64,000 nucleotides of DNA from Candidatus Poribacteria bacterium (GCA_965205015.1 OZ242029.1:2848001-2912000), one strand, 5' to 3'. Positions 48,520 to 58,135 are shown, counted from the stretch's first letter. Made by a program: numbers and translations. Notes: generated from the sequence alone by a model not told the origin.

Positions 48520-50150
48520 GGCTCCAGTTCCTCTTTAGAGGGATGAGCGTTGCCTTGCTCAGAGAGTACCGCCGCGATAAAATCTCGGAAAAGCGGATGC
48601 GGGGCAAGGGGTTTCGATTGAAATTCAGGGTGAAATTGTGAACCTACCATCCACGGATGTTCGGTCACTTCAGCAATTTCGACGAGGCTCTCATCTGGCG
48701 ACAGGCCACTAAAACAGAGACCCGCTGATTCTAATTGTGAGCGGTACTGGTTATTTAACTCGTAGCGATGCCGGTGCCGTTCTACAATGATGGGTTGTTG
48801 ATAGGCGGCGTAGCTTCTGGTATTCTCTTTGAGGACGCACGGGTAATGTCCAAGTCGCATTGTGGCACCGAGGTCAGCGACCGCGCGCTGGTCATGCATT
48901 AAATCTATAACAGGATAAGGTGTTTCTTCATCTACTTCCGTGCTGTTCGCGTTTTTCAGTTTTGCAACGTGTCGAGAAAACTCAATCACCAGACACTGCA
49001 TTCCGAGGCACAGTCCCAAATACGGTATCTTATTTTCACGGGCGTATCGTGCGGCTACCAACATCCCTTCAATCCCGCGATAGCCGAATCCGCCTGGAAC
49101 CAGTATTCCATCGGCGTTCTGAAAAATACTATCAAGATTTGGATGTTCTGTGAGCGATTCAGCTTCTATCCATTCAATTTCGACAGAGGCTTCGTTAGCG
49201 ATCCCACCGTGTTTGAGTGCTTCTTGGACGCTAATGTACGCATCGCTGCCGGTTGTGTATTTACCAACAATGGCGATCCTGGCTTGTCGATTTGGATGTT
49301 TGAGTTTTTCAACCATTGCGACCCATTCAGCATCCATCGGTGGGCGTGCTTCGAGTCCAAGTCTCTTTAGAACGAGATGCCCCATGCCTTGTCGTTCAAA
49401 ATTGAGGGGGATTTCATCTACGCATTTTGTGTCCAATCCTTCAAAGATATAGTTTTCGCTAATACCGCAGAGCAGTGCAATTTTCTGCCGAAATGCCTCA
49501 TCCAGCGATTGGCTGGTGCGACATAACAATAAATCTGGCTGGACACCGAGTTCTTGAAGTTTTCGGATGCTATGTTGCGTCGGTTTGCTTTTGCTTTCGC
49601 CATTGGGTAAGGTATAAATAAGAGAGACATGGAGGAACATTGTATTCTCACGTCCCACCTCAACTGCCATCTGACGGATGGCTTCAACGAAAGGTGGCAT
49701 CTCAAAGTCCCCAATCGTTCCACCTATCTCTGTAATGACGATTTCCGCGTCGTTATCCTTGCCAATCTGATAGATACGGCGTTTGATTTCGTCGGTAATA
49801 TGTGGGATCAGTTGCACGGTTTGACCGAGATAGTCCCCTCGACGCTCTTTTGCGATCACTTCACTATAGACCGAACCTGTCGTAAAGTTAGAATACTGAT
49901 TCAAGTCGATGCCAAGAAACCGCTCATAGTTCCCTATGTCCAGATCGGTTTCTGCGCCATCATGGGTAACGAAAACCTCGCCATGTTGGAACGGATTCAT
50001 CACACCTGCATCTACGTTGAGATATGGATCGATTTTGACAACGATCACCTTAAACCCGCGGTTGATGAGTAATCTACCCAGAGACGCGGTTGTGATCCCT
50101 TTACCGATACCTGAGATAACTCCGCCCGTTACAAAAATATATTTCGTCAT
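48516..50150 (-). CDS. pyrG: CTP synthase
   Basis: TKYIFVTGGVISGIGKG, KIDPYLN, VPGGFG, CLGMQ, ERHRHRYE, QFHPE. Confidence 0.98.
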   Translation of the reverse strand: MTKYIFVTGGVISGIGKGITTASLGRLLINRGFKVIVVKIDPYLNVDAGVMNPFQHGEVFVTHDGAETDLDIGNYERFLGIDLNQYSNFTTGSVYSEVIAKERRGDYLGQTVQLIPHITDEIKRRIYQIGKDNDAEIVITEIGGTIGDFEMPPFVEAIRQMAVEVGRENTMFLHVSLIYTLPNGESKSKPTQHSIRKLQELGVQPDLLLCRTSQSLDEAFRQKIALLCGISENYIFEGLDTKCVDEIPLNFERQGMGHLVLKRLGLEARPPMDAEWVAMVEKLKHPNRQARIAIVGKYTTGSDAYISVQEALKHGGIANEASVEIEWIEAESLTEHPNLDSIFQNADGILVPGGFGYRGIEGMLVAARYARENKIPYLGLCLGMQCLVIEFSRHVAKLKNANSTEVDEETPYPVIDLMHDQRAVADLGATMRLGHYPCVLKENTRSYAAYQQPIIVERHRHRYELNNQYRSQLESAGLCFSGLSPDESLVEIAEVTEHPWMVGSQFHPEFQSKPLAPHPLFRDFIAAVLSEQGNAHPSKEELEP

Positions 50151-50159
50151 AGAATTTCC

Positions 50160-50891
50160 TTATAAAACCTCCAAAATTTGTTTCACCCGCTCCAAATCGG
50201 CAGGAACATCGACCCCAATAAGGGGTATATCCGTTTCGACAACATGAATAGGGACACCATGCTCTAAAAAACGCAATTGTTCTAACCCTTCTGCGAGTTC
50301 GTAAGGGGTACTGCGCCACCTTGTGAACGCCAGAAGCTGCTCGCGACGGTAAGCGTACAAGCCGACATGTCGATACACTGGGGACTTATGTAACTCTGTT
50401 TCACCGACCTGTCCGGGCATGGGCGCACGCGAAAAGTACAACGCATCGCCCTGAAGATCTGTAACGACTTTAACGACGTTAACGTCTTGATAATCAGCAG
50501 CGGTTTCAACCCGCTGTTTTAGCGTGCAAACTTGCACCTCCGGTCTGTCGGTAAAAGGCTGCAGCATCATGTCTATCTGGACAGGTTCAAGCAACGGTTC
50601 ATCACCCTGTATATTGGCGACAATATCACACGTTAAACGCTCGGCAACGACAGCGACGCGTTCGGTACCCGTTGCACATTGACCCGTCATCTCCACATTT
50701 CCGCCGAAGCGTGTTACAGCATCATAAATCCGTTGGTCGTCCGTAGCGATAATGACTTCGTCTAATGTTTTCGCGCGGCACGCGCTTTCGTAAACATGCT
50801 GCACCATCGGCTTCCCGAGCAGATCTGCCAACGGCTTGCCTTCAAAACGGCTTGAGGCATAGCGTGCTGGAATAATTCCTACACTTTGCAA
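50160..50891 (-). CDS. kdsB: 3-deoxy-manno-octulosonate cytidylyltransferase
   Basis: IPARYASSRFEGKPL, NIQGDEP, ALYFSR, EGLEQLR. Confidence 0.95.
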   Translation of the reverse strand: MQSVGIIPARYASSRFEGKPLADLLGKPMVQHVYESACRAKTLDEVIIATDDQRIYDAVTRFGGNVEMTGQCATGTERVAVVAERLTCDIVANIQGDEPLLEPVQIDMMLQPFTDRPEVQVCTLKQRVETAADYQDVNVVKVVTDLQGDALYFSRAPMPGQVGETELHKSPVYRHVGLYAYRREQLLAFTRWRSTPYELAEGLEQLRFLEHGVPIHVVETDIPLIGVDVPADLERVKQILEVL

Positions 50892-51091
50892 CCTTACGCT
50901 CCCTCGTAACGTTCTATTTTTTTACGCATTTTTTTGTTCGTTTCTCAAATCAGTTTAACGCAAAGTGAAGTTAAAATCAAGACTTTTTGGTTTTCGGTTG
51001 CAACCCGGAATCGAAAAGTGGTAAACTTTAACATAAATACCCGTTTTGTAAAAAGTGAAGGAATGGTTCATCTAAAGGAGGACCCAAAAAA

Positions 51092-51928
51092 ATGAAATGG
51101 AATCTAAGATTTACAATATCGACTTGTAAATTAACCCCTTATCTAATGTGCGTACTTCTGATAGGAATGCTCTGTGTGCCTGCGGTAGAAGTTTTTTCGG
51201 CTGACGTTTTAGACCCGGATTTGGTGCTGTACTTCGATTATGAAGATTTTAAAGGCGGCACTGTTGTTGAAAAATCTGGACGTGGTTACGACGGTGAGAT
51301 TAATGGAAAGGTCACACAATCCAATGACGGGAAATTCGGCAAAGCCGCCCACTTCGTGACTGGAAGTTTTCTCGACTTAGATGGGCCTAATATTAAGCCT
51401 GAAGATATTCCGACTGAAGGTATGAGTATCGTCGCGTGGATTAACGTTGAAGCCGTCGCAGATATGGCAGTTTTTAATGCGCGTGCAGGTGATAATACAT
51501 GGCTCGTACATCCCGAGGCACGTGGGAGTGGCAAGTATCGCTGGCTGAATCGGAGTCCCGGTGGCGCGACGATCTTTGACATTCGCGCTGGGGATAACAA
51601 GGCGAATGAATGGCAGCATTACGCTGGCACGTTCAGCCGCGCCGATGGGAAAGCTATACTCTACATCAATGGAAGAAATGTCGGTGAAGAGAAAGCCCGC
51701 GTCGGCACGCCTATTGCTCCAGACTGGGACAACGGGGCGCGCGTCGGTTATAACATTGACAACAACCGCCCCTTCGCCGGACTCATGGACGATCTCAACG
51801 TCTGGAAACGGGGGTTGACAGAGGAGGAAGTCAATGGTATTATGAACGATGGTGTTGAGGCGTTTCTTGCCGTGGAAGCACACGGTAAACTGGCAACGAC
51901 TTGGGGCAGACTTAAGGCATCACAGTAA
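51092..51928 (+). CDS. Secreted LamG-domain protein with KLATTWGRLK tail
   Basis: Signal peptide; LVLYFDYE, SIVAWIN, WQHYAGTF, GLMDDL; ends AVEAHGKLATTWGRLKASQ. Confidence 0.85.
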   Translation: MKWNLRFTISTCKLTPYLMCVLLIGMLCVPAVEVFSADVLDPDLVLYFDYEDFKGGTVVEKSGRGYDGEINGKVTQSNDGKFGKAAHFVTGSFLDLDGPNIKPEDIPTEGMSIVAWINVEAVADMAVFNARAGDNTWLVHPEARGSGKYRWLNRSPGGATIFDIRAGDNKANEWQHYAGTFSRADGKAILYINGRNVGEEKARVGTPIAPDWDNGARVGYNIDNNRPFAGLMDDLNVWKRGLTEEEVNGIMNDGVEAFLAVEAHGKLATTWGRLKASQ

Positions 51929-52001
51929 GGCAAACCCGTGAAAATGGCTACATGTTGTAAAAATGTAAGAGAAGCGTTCAGCTAAAGGAGGATTTTGAAA
52001 G

Positions 52002-52823
52002 ATGAGACGGAACTTTATATTAACCCCCTATCTGGTGTGTCTGTTTTTGATAAGTGCTGCCTGTGTGTTTATGGCGGAGATTCAGGATGCATCCGCGGAT
52101 GTTTTAGACCCGGATTTGGTGATTTACTTCGACTATGAAGATTTCAATGCGGATACTGTTGTTGAAAAATCCGGATATGGTTACGATGGCAAGATTGATG
52201 GCGATGTCACACAATCCGATGACGGGAAGTTCGGCAAAGCCGCCCATTTCGCATCTGGTAGTTTCCTGGATTTAGATGGACCCAATGTTAAAGCTGAAGA
52301 CATCCCTACCGAAGGCATGAGTATTGTGGCGTGGATCAACGTTGAATCCGTCACAGATATGGCGATTTTCAATGCCCGTGCCGGTGATAATACATGGCTG
52401 GTGCACCCCGAAGCACGTGGCGATGGAAATTATCGGTGGCTCAATCGGAGTCCGGGTGGCACAACGATATTTGACATCCGGGGTGGCGAAAACAAAGCGA
52501 ATGAATGGATACATTATGCCGGGACCTTCAGCCGCGCGGAAGGATTGGCTGTCCTTTATATCAATGGTGAAAATGTTGGTGAAGAAAAAGCGCGGGTCGG
52601 CACGCCTATCGCAGGAGACTGGGACAATGGGGCACGTGTTGGACGTAACATCGACGACAACCGCCCTTTCACCGGATTGATGGATGACCTCAACATTTGG
52701 AAACGGGGTTTGACAGAGGAAGAGGTCAATGATATTATGAACAATGGTCTTGGTGTAACGCTCACCGCAGTGGAAGCACAAGGTAAACTCGCAACCACTT
52801 GGGGACGGCTTAAAGCAAACTAA
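52002..52823 (+). CDS. Secreted LamG-domain protein, tandem paralog
   Basis: Mature region very similar to 51092-51928; ends AVEAQGKLATTWGRLKAN. Confidence 0.85.
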   Translation: MRRNFILTPYLVCLFLISAACVFMAEIQDASADVLDPDLVIYFDYEDFNADTVVEKSGYGYDGKIDGDVTQSDDGKFGKAAHFASGSFLDLDGPNVKAEDIPTEGMSIVAWINVESVTDMAIFNARAGDNTWLVHPEARGDGNYRWLNRSPGGTTIFDIRGGENKANEWIHYAGTFSRAEGLAVLYINGENVGEEKARVGTPIAGDWDNGARVGRNIDDNRPFTGLMDDLNIWKRGLTEEEVNDIMNNGLGVTLTAVEAQGKLATTWGRLKAN

Positions 52824-52955
52824 CGAGGCTGATAAGGGCTTAAATCATTTTTTCCTAGGCGCGCTTCCGCAGCGCGTCTACTCAATTTGCGCAAGCCTTG
52901 AAGAGCAAAGGACCCTTGGAAAATTGACCGATTAAATTGGAAATGCAGGAACAGG

Positions 52956-53246
52956 TTATGGATCGGATGACGTGGACGGTGGATCCGCTTCCGATGCGTC
53001 AGGCTCCGTGGGATCCTCTGGAGATGAGCACGTGCTTAGCACTTTAGTGAGATAGTTCTCCTGCGAAAGCATATCTTGATTGGCGCGGAGGCTCGCCTCA
53101 TGAAACCGATAATCATCTTCACCGAGTCGGTAGTAATACTGGAGATGTCCGGCACTGACTGCTTGTTTGAGGTCTGCGGGTGAGATATTCAGCAGTGCTG
53201 CTGCCTCTTTTAGGTCATACTCAACCACGGCATTGCGTATTCGCAT
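52956..53246 (-). CDS. Helix-turn-helix (HTH_17/excisionase-like) protein
   Basis: YDLKEAAALLNISPADLKQAVSAGHL...YRF; GGAG SD. Confidence 0.65.
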   Translation of the reverse strand: MRIRNAVVEYDLKEAAALLNISPADLKQAVSAGHLQYYYRLGEDDYRFHEASLRANQDMLSQENYLTKVLSTCSSPEDPTEPDASEADPPSTSSDP

Positions 53247-53332
53247 CTTTTTATCTCCATTTTGGTGTTGTAACGCGAATGTGCGTGCCTTTTAAAACTG
53301 TAGCGTATATGACGCAAACGGAGTCCAGTTTC

Positions 53333-53953
53333 ATGGCGCAGTATCGGTGTACAAGTTATGCCTTCGTAAAGTCTCTTAAATCATGGGTTTTCTGTGCATT
53401 GGTTTTCTGCACTATTCTAACAGGATTAGAAGCAAATGCCGAGAACTTTTTATCGAGATGGGATCAAACCCTCTTTGATCGTATCTATGATGCGCCGCCA
53501 CACCGAGAGCCGGTGTGGACACTCATGGAGGGAATAACAGAATTTGGGCATTATCGGGCAGTTATGGGGCTTTCTGTGCTCCTCATGGCTTATGGTGATG
53601 AAGCACATCAGGAAACTGGCAGGCTTTTATCTTCCGCGTTCCTCGGGACTGGGTTGGTAACGTTTGGTATGAAGCGGTTGATTCGTCGGAAACGCCCCCT
53701 TGATGAGAGTTTGGGGAATCCAGCTTTTCCGTCCGGACATACATCCTTGGCGTTCAGTTCAGCAACGATTTTGGGGTATCGGTATCCGAAATGGCGAATT
53801 CCGCTCTATATTGGAGCGGGGCTTGTCGGTTTTTCGCGTATCTATCTCGGACGACATTATACGTCAGATGTGATAGCTGGGGCAGCAATTGGCACAGCGA
53901 TGGGAATGCTGGTCTGGCATCAGCGCGTCACATTGCTGAAATGGGAATTTTAA
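53333..53953 (+). CDS. PAP2-family phosphatase
   Basis: KRLIRRKRP, FPSGH, SRIYLGRHYTSDV; start codon uncertain. Confidence 0.88.
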   Translation: MAQYRCTSYAFVKSLKSWVFCALVFCTILTGLEANAENFLSRWDQTLFDRIYDAPPHREPVWTLMEGITEFGHYRAVMGLSVLLMAYGDEAHQETGRLLSSAFLGTGLVTFGMKRLIRRKRPLDESLGNPAFPSGHTSLAFSSATILGYRYPKWRIPLYIGAGLVGFSRIYLGRHYTSDVIAGAAIGTAMGMLVWHQRVTLLKWEF

Positions 53954-53961
53954 TTTTACCT

Positions 53962-53990
53962 TTGACAATAAAACGGACACGACGTAAAAT
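53962..53990 (+). promoter_or_regulatory. sigma70-type promoter
   Basis: TTGACA-17 nt-TAAAAT upstream of an AGGAGG SD. Confidence 0.6.
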
Positions 53991-54015
53991 ATAATCACAT
54001 AGGAGGGTGAGACTG

Positions 54016-54807
54016 ATGAACCGTACGAAAGATCGCATCCACTTCCGGTATCTGATGATGGGCAGCGTCGGTATGCTTCTCTTAACGGGAACGTTATTCG
54101 TGGGGTGTGCTGTTCCACCACAACCCTCAGTCGATGTCTATATGGAGCCTGTTGCCGGACGCTTTAACGCCCAGGTTAATCCAGAGACGGGTGCAGCAAC
54201 TGTTGAAAAAAGGGGAATTGCCGTTACTCTTAAGCCGTTTGATGAGATAGAACTGTTCGCACTCACCGAAGATCCGAAAGTGAATCCTTATCTCTTAGTT
54301 GGGAAGAATGGTGCCGTTGAGCCTATCTACACAGTGTTCGATATTACAGTCCATAACCAAGATAACCGACGCGTCTTAGTTGATGACACAGCTATCCTCA
54401 TTGATAGAAACGGCGGGCAATACGTCAATCTATCTAACGATTATTTCGACTCGCTCTATGACAATGTCGATCTTTCGCAGCATAACTCTTGGGAAGCGGG
54501 GTCCCCTTACATGCCTGTACGGGCTGGGTTACCCAGCCCGTACGGCTACTATCCTTACTATGGGTACTACCAATCTTACATAGATGCCGAAGCACTTGAG
54601 TTGGGACGGATTGTGTTAGAGGACCACATCTTTGAGGGAGCGAAGTTGTTCTCTGGCGCGAAACGGAGCGGTTTCTTAATTTTCGATCGGCTTGAGAGTG
54701 CCGCTACAGATATTCGCGTCGTTATCCCTCAGGTTCGGATTGTTCATCCAAACGGTAAAGAGGATACATTGGAATTTAAAATTGACTTTAGGCAGGTCCT
54801 GCCGTAA
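54016..54807 (+). CDS. Hypothetical lipoprotein with a Tyr/Pro/Gly-rich loop
   Basis: Lipobox FVGC; PSPYGYYPYYGYY segment. Confidence 0.7.
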   Translation: MNRTKDRIHFRYLMMGSVGMLLLTGTLFVGCAVPPQPSVDVYMEPVAGRFNAQVNPETGAATVEKRGIAVTLKPFDEIELFALTEDPKVNPYLLVGKNGAVEPIYTVFDITVHNQDNRRVLVDDTAILIDRNGGQYVNLSNDYFDSLYDNVDLSQHNSWEAGSPYMPVRAGLPSPYGYYPYYGYYQSYIDAEALELGRIVLEDHIFEGAKLFSGAKRSGFLIFDRLESAATDIRVVIPQVRIVHPNGKEDTLEFKIDFRQVLP

Positions 54808-54885
54808 AATAACGATAACCGCAATGGCTTAATACAGGTTAACAACACAGGACTCGCCATTATAAAGAAGGGAGTACATAATAAA

Positions 54886-56076
54886 ATGCGAAATTCGCTT
54901 ATTATATTCTTGATAGTGGGGCTTATATCTATTTGGGGGTGTCAACCTGCCGGTAAGGACAAACAGGAGTCTCAGCGAGAACTCAAAGTTGCTGTAGCAG
55001 CGCCGTTTACGGGCAACGCAGCGGCATTTGGGGAAATGATCAAACGCGGGGCTGAGCTCCGAGAAAAAGAGATTAATGAAGCGGGTGGCATCAATGGTAT
55101 GAAATTGACGCTGATTTTTGAAGATGATGCCGGCAAAGATGCAGAGGCGAGCCTCGTAGCAGAACGTGTTGCCAGTAACTTGCAGATTCTCGCGGTTGTT
55201 GGACACTTTAACAGTTCCTGCTCGCTGGCGGGCAAACCCATTTACCAACGGGCGGGTATTGTCGAACTGTCGCCCGGTTCCACGAATGTGACCGTTTGCG
55301 AGGGAAGCGATTGGACGTTCCGCAACTTGTATCGGGACGATTTCCAAGGGAAATTCATTGCCCGATACATTGATGAAGTCCTAACAGACCTTCAATCTGT
55401 CGCTGTCTTTTTTGATAACGATGATTATGGTCGAGGTTTAAGAAACGCATTCGTCGCGGAAGCCGAAAAAGTTGGGCTGAACCTCGTTGCCGATGAAGCG
55501 TATGAGCGGGATAGCACTAACTTTAAGGCACAACTCACCAGTATCAAAGCCAAAAATCCCGACGCTATTTTTATCTCTGGCCTCTATCAGGAAGCCGGTT
55601 TGATCGTCAAACAGGGACGTGAAGCTGGAATCACCGCACAGTTTTTCGGGGCGGATGGTGTGGATTCCCCCGATTTTCTCACGATCGCAGGTTCCGCCGC
55701 GGAAGGTGCTTACTTAACAACGCCTTTTACCTTCGGGGCGGCAGGAGAAGATGCGCTCCAGATGGCAGCTCAGTTTAAGGCACTTCACGACGGTGTGGCT
55801 CCCGATACATGGGCGGCATTGACGTATGATGCCGTTGGGATGATTGCGGAGGCGCTTGAGAAAACCTATAATTCGGAAGCATCTGTGGCGGATAATCGGA
55901 AGGCTATTCGCGACCATTTGGCATCCTTGGACACCCCTGAAGAAGGTTACAAAGGGGTTACAGGACTTACCTATTTTGATATAAATGGTGATACAGTGAA
56001 TAAACCGGCTTACGTAAAAATTGTGAAAGATGGGCAGTTTATTGCAGCCGATCAGCAACTCCTTGACTTAAATTGA
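54886..56076 (+). CDS. Branched-chain amino acid ABC transporter substrate-binding lipoprotein (LivK/LivJ-like)
   Basis: IWGC lipobox; APFTG, INEAGGING, VGHFNSSCS, DDYGRGL. Confidence 0.9.
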   Translation: MRNSLIIFLIVGLISIWGCQPAGKDKQESQRELKVAVAAPFTGNAAAFGEMIKRGAELREKEINEAGGINGMKLTLIFEDDAGKDAEASLVAERVASNLQILAVVGHFNSSCSLAGKPIYQRAGIVELSPGSTNVTVCEGSDWTFRNLYRDDFQGKFIARYIDEVLTDLQSVAVFFDNDDYGRGLRNAFVAEAEKVGLNLVADEAYERDSTNFKAQLTSIKAKNPDAIFISGLYQEAGLIVKQGREAGITAQFFGADGVDSPDFLTIAGSAAEGAYLTTPFTFGAAGEDALQMAAQFKALHDGVAPDTWAALTYDAVGMIAEALEKTYNSEASVADNRKAIRDHLASLDTPEEGYKGVTGLTYFDINGDTVNKPAYVKIVKDGQFIAADQQLLDLN

Positions 56077-56164
56077 TTTTAAAATAGGTTTTCCGCTTAT
56101 AGCATTAGAAGAGGATGAAACATCAGCGTCCTCTTTAAAGCACGAGCCCCTGAAAAAAAGAATT

Positions 56165-57061
56165 ATGGCGCAATTTTTAGAGCAAATTATTAACGGATTG
56201 GTGTTAGGCGGCATCTATGCGCTCATCGCTGTCGGCTATACGATGGTTTACGGCATTATTCAACTGATAAACTTCGCACACGGCGAAATTTTCATGTTCG
56301 GTGCCTACATCGCTCTCATGCTGGTAACCGTTTTCGGTATACCGTTTTGGATAGCGTTGCCGCTGAGTATGGTTCTATGTGCAATATTAGGCGTGCTGAT
56401 GGATTTGGTCGCCTATCGTCCGCTTCGGAACGCCCCTCGTTTATCGGCGCTGATTACGGCAATAGGGATGTCGCTCGCCCTACAAAACCTTGCTCGGATG
56501 ATTTGGTCAGCCCGTCCTCGTCAATTTCCCGCTGAAATTCTTCCAACAGTCTTCCAAGGTCAAAATGCAATTTCACTCCCCGGCGGTGCAGCGCTACCGT
56601 ATCGGGACGTGTTTATCATCCTATTGGCACTCGTTTTAATGATTGCCCTGAATAGGTTAATTCACCTGACCAAAATAGGCAAAGCGATGCGAGCTTGTGC
56701 CCAAAACCAGGTTGCTGCAAATCTGATGGGAATTAAAACAAATCGCGTGATTGCTATAACGTTTGCTATCGGTTCTGCTTTAGGGGCGATAGCAGGCATA
56801 ATGGTAGGGTTGAGCGAAAGTGTTACGCCGACGATGGGATACTATAAAGGGGTCGCAGCGTTTGCCGCGGCTGTCCTCGGTGGCATCGGTAATGTCACCG
56901 GTGCGATGCTCGGGGGCATTATAATAGGCGTCGCCGAAGTTTTTGGAGCCGGGTACATCTCCTCAGGGTACCGGTTAGCGATTGCTTACATTATCATGAT
57001 TGCAGTCATCGTTGTTCGTCCGTCCGGTTTACTTGGAAAATCAACAGGGGACCGTGCTTAG
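56165..57061 (+). CDS. livH: Branched-chain amino acid ABC permease LivH
   Basis: YALIAVGYTMVYGIIQLINFAHGE and AAVLGGIG motifs. Confidence 0.92.
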   Translation: MAQFLEQIINGLVLGGIYALIAVGYTMVYGIIQLINFAHGEIFMFGAYIALMLVTVFGIPFWIALPLSMVLCAILGVLMDLVAYRPLRNAPRLSALITAIGMSLALQNLARMIWSARPRQFPAEILPTVFQGQNAISLPGGAALPYRDVFIILLALVLMIALNRLIHLTKIGKAMRACAQNQVAANLMGIKTNRVIAITFAIGSALGAIAGIMVGLSESVTPTMGYYKGVAAFAAAVLGGIGNVTGAMLGGIIIGVAEVFGAGYISSGYRLAIAYIIMIAVIVVRPSGLLGKSTGDRA

Positions 57062-57062
57062 C

Positions 57063-58061
57063 ATGAAAAATAAACTCACACCGAAAAATATCATCCTTGG
57101 CTTATTCGTCTGTTTTCTACCGCTCTTAATGTATGGGATAGATACCATATCCCTCTTCCTGTCAAGATACGATATTTACCTGGGCCTGCCGAGTGGAGAT
57201 TACATGTTGCGGATTATTGTTCGCGCCTATCTCTACATGCTCCTGGCAATTGGATTGAACATTGTGTGTGGGTTCACAGGCCAACTCGATCTCGGCTATG
57301 TTGGCTTTTACCTGATCGGTGGCTATACAGCAGGGCTCTTGATGGCGCGGCTTGGAATGACTTACTGGATTGCCCTGCCCCTCGCTGTCGTCAATGGTGC
57401 GTTGTGGGGATTGTTGCGTGGAGCCCCTACGTTGCGACTCACAGGTGATTATTTCGCAATCGTCACCTTCGGGTTTGCCGAGTTGCTCTTCCGGATCGTG
57501 AAAAATGAAGAGTGGTTGATTGGCGGTCCGAATGGATTGGTTCGGGACATTCCACCTCCTGCTATTTTTGGCGTAATGTTCAATCAGAATTGGCACAATT
57601 ACTACCATATTCTGATCCTACTGACGCTGGTCATCTTTATCACCTATCGACTGCAGCATTCTCGCGTCGGAAGAGCATGGGTCGCGATTCGAGAAGATGA
57701 ACAGGCAGCAGAAAGTATGGGAATTAATGTAAGTCGTTATAAAGCATTGGCGTTTACGGTGAGTGCTGCGATCGGGGGGTTAGGCGGGGGTTTCATCGCA
57801 CAATTCCAAGTGAACATTAGTGCGCCATTCTTTGAATTTTGGGAGTCGATTTTCATTCTCTGTATGGTCGTCCTTGGCGGGATGGGAAGTATAAGGGGCG
57901 CAATGATAGGGGCAGCGATCCTTGGATCATTGGGTGAGGTGCTGAGACCTGGTTTCATTATCCCATATCAATTTGGCAATGCCCGCTATCTTATTTTTGG
58001 GATCATCCTTATCCTCTTAATGCGTTTCCGTCCAGGTGGATTGACGCTCAAAAAGGCTTAA
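57063..58061 (+). CDS. livM: Branched-chain amino acid ABC permease LivM
   Basis: GLNIVCGFTGQLDLGY, LRLTGDYFAIVT, GRAWVAIREDE, VLGGMGS. Confidence 0.92.
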   Translation: MKNKLTPKNIILGLFVCFLPLLMYGIDTISLFLSRYDIYLGLPSGDYMLRIIVRAYLYMLLAIGLNIVCGFTGQLDLGYVGFYLIGGYTAGLLMARLGMTYWIALPLAVVNGALWGLLRGAPTLRLTGDYFAIVTFGFAELLFRIVKNEEWLIGGPNGLVRDIPPPAIFGVMFNQNWHNYYHILILLTLVIFITYRLQHSRVGRAWVAIREDEQAAESMGINVSRYKALAFTVSAAIGGLGGGFIAQFQVNISAPFFEFWESIFILCMVVLGGMGSIRGAMIGAAILGSLGEVLRPGFIIPYQFGNARYLIFGIILILLMRFRPGGLTLKKA

Positions 58062-58135
58062 TGGCTATCGGAAACCTTCAGTCGTCAGCAATCAGTATGT
58101 TGCAGCGTCAGAATCACCGTCGACAACAGTTATCC

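Noticed and set aside
52956-53246. Prophage/ICE excisionase marking an integrated element
   Set aside because: No integrase, att-bearing tRNA or phage genes in the vicinity.
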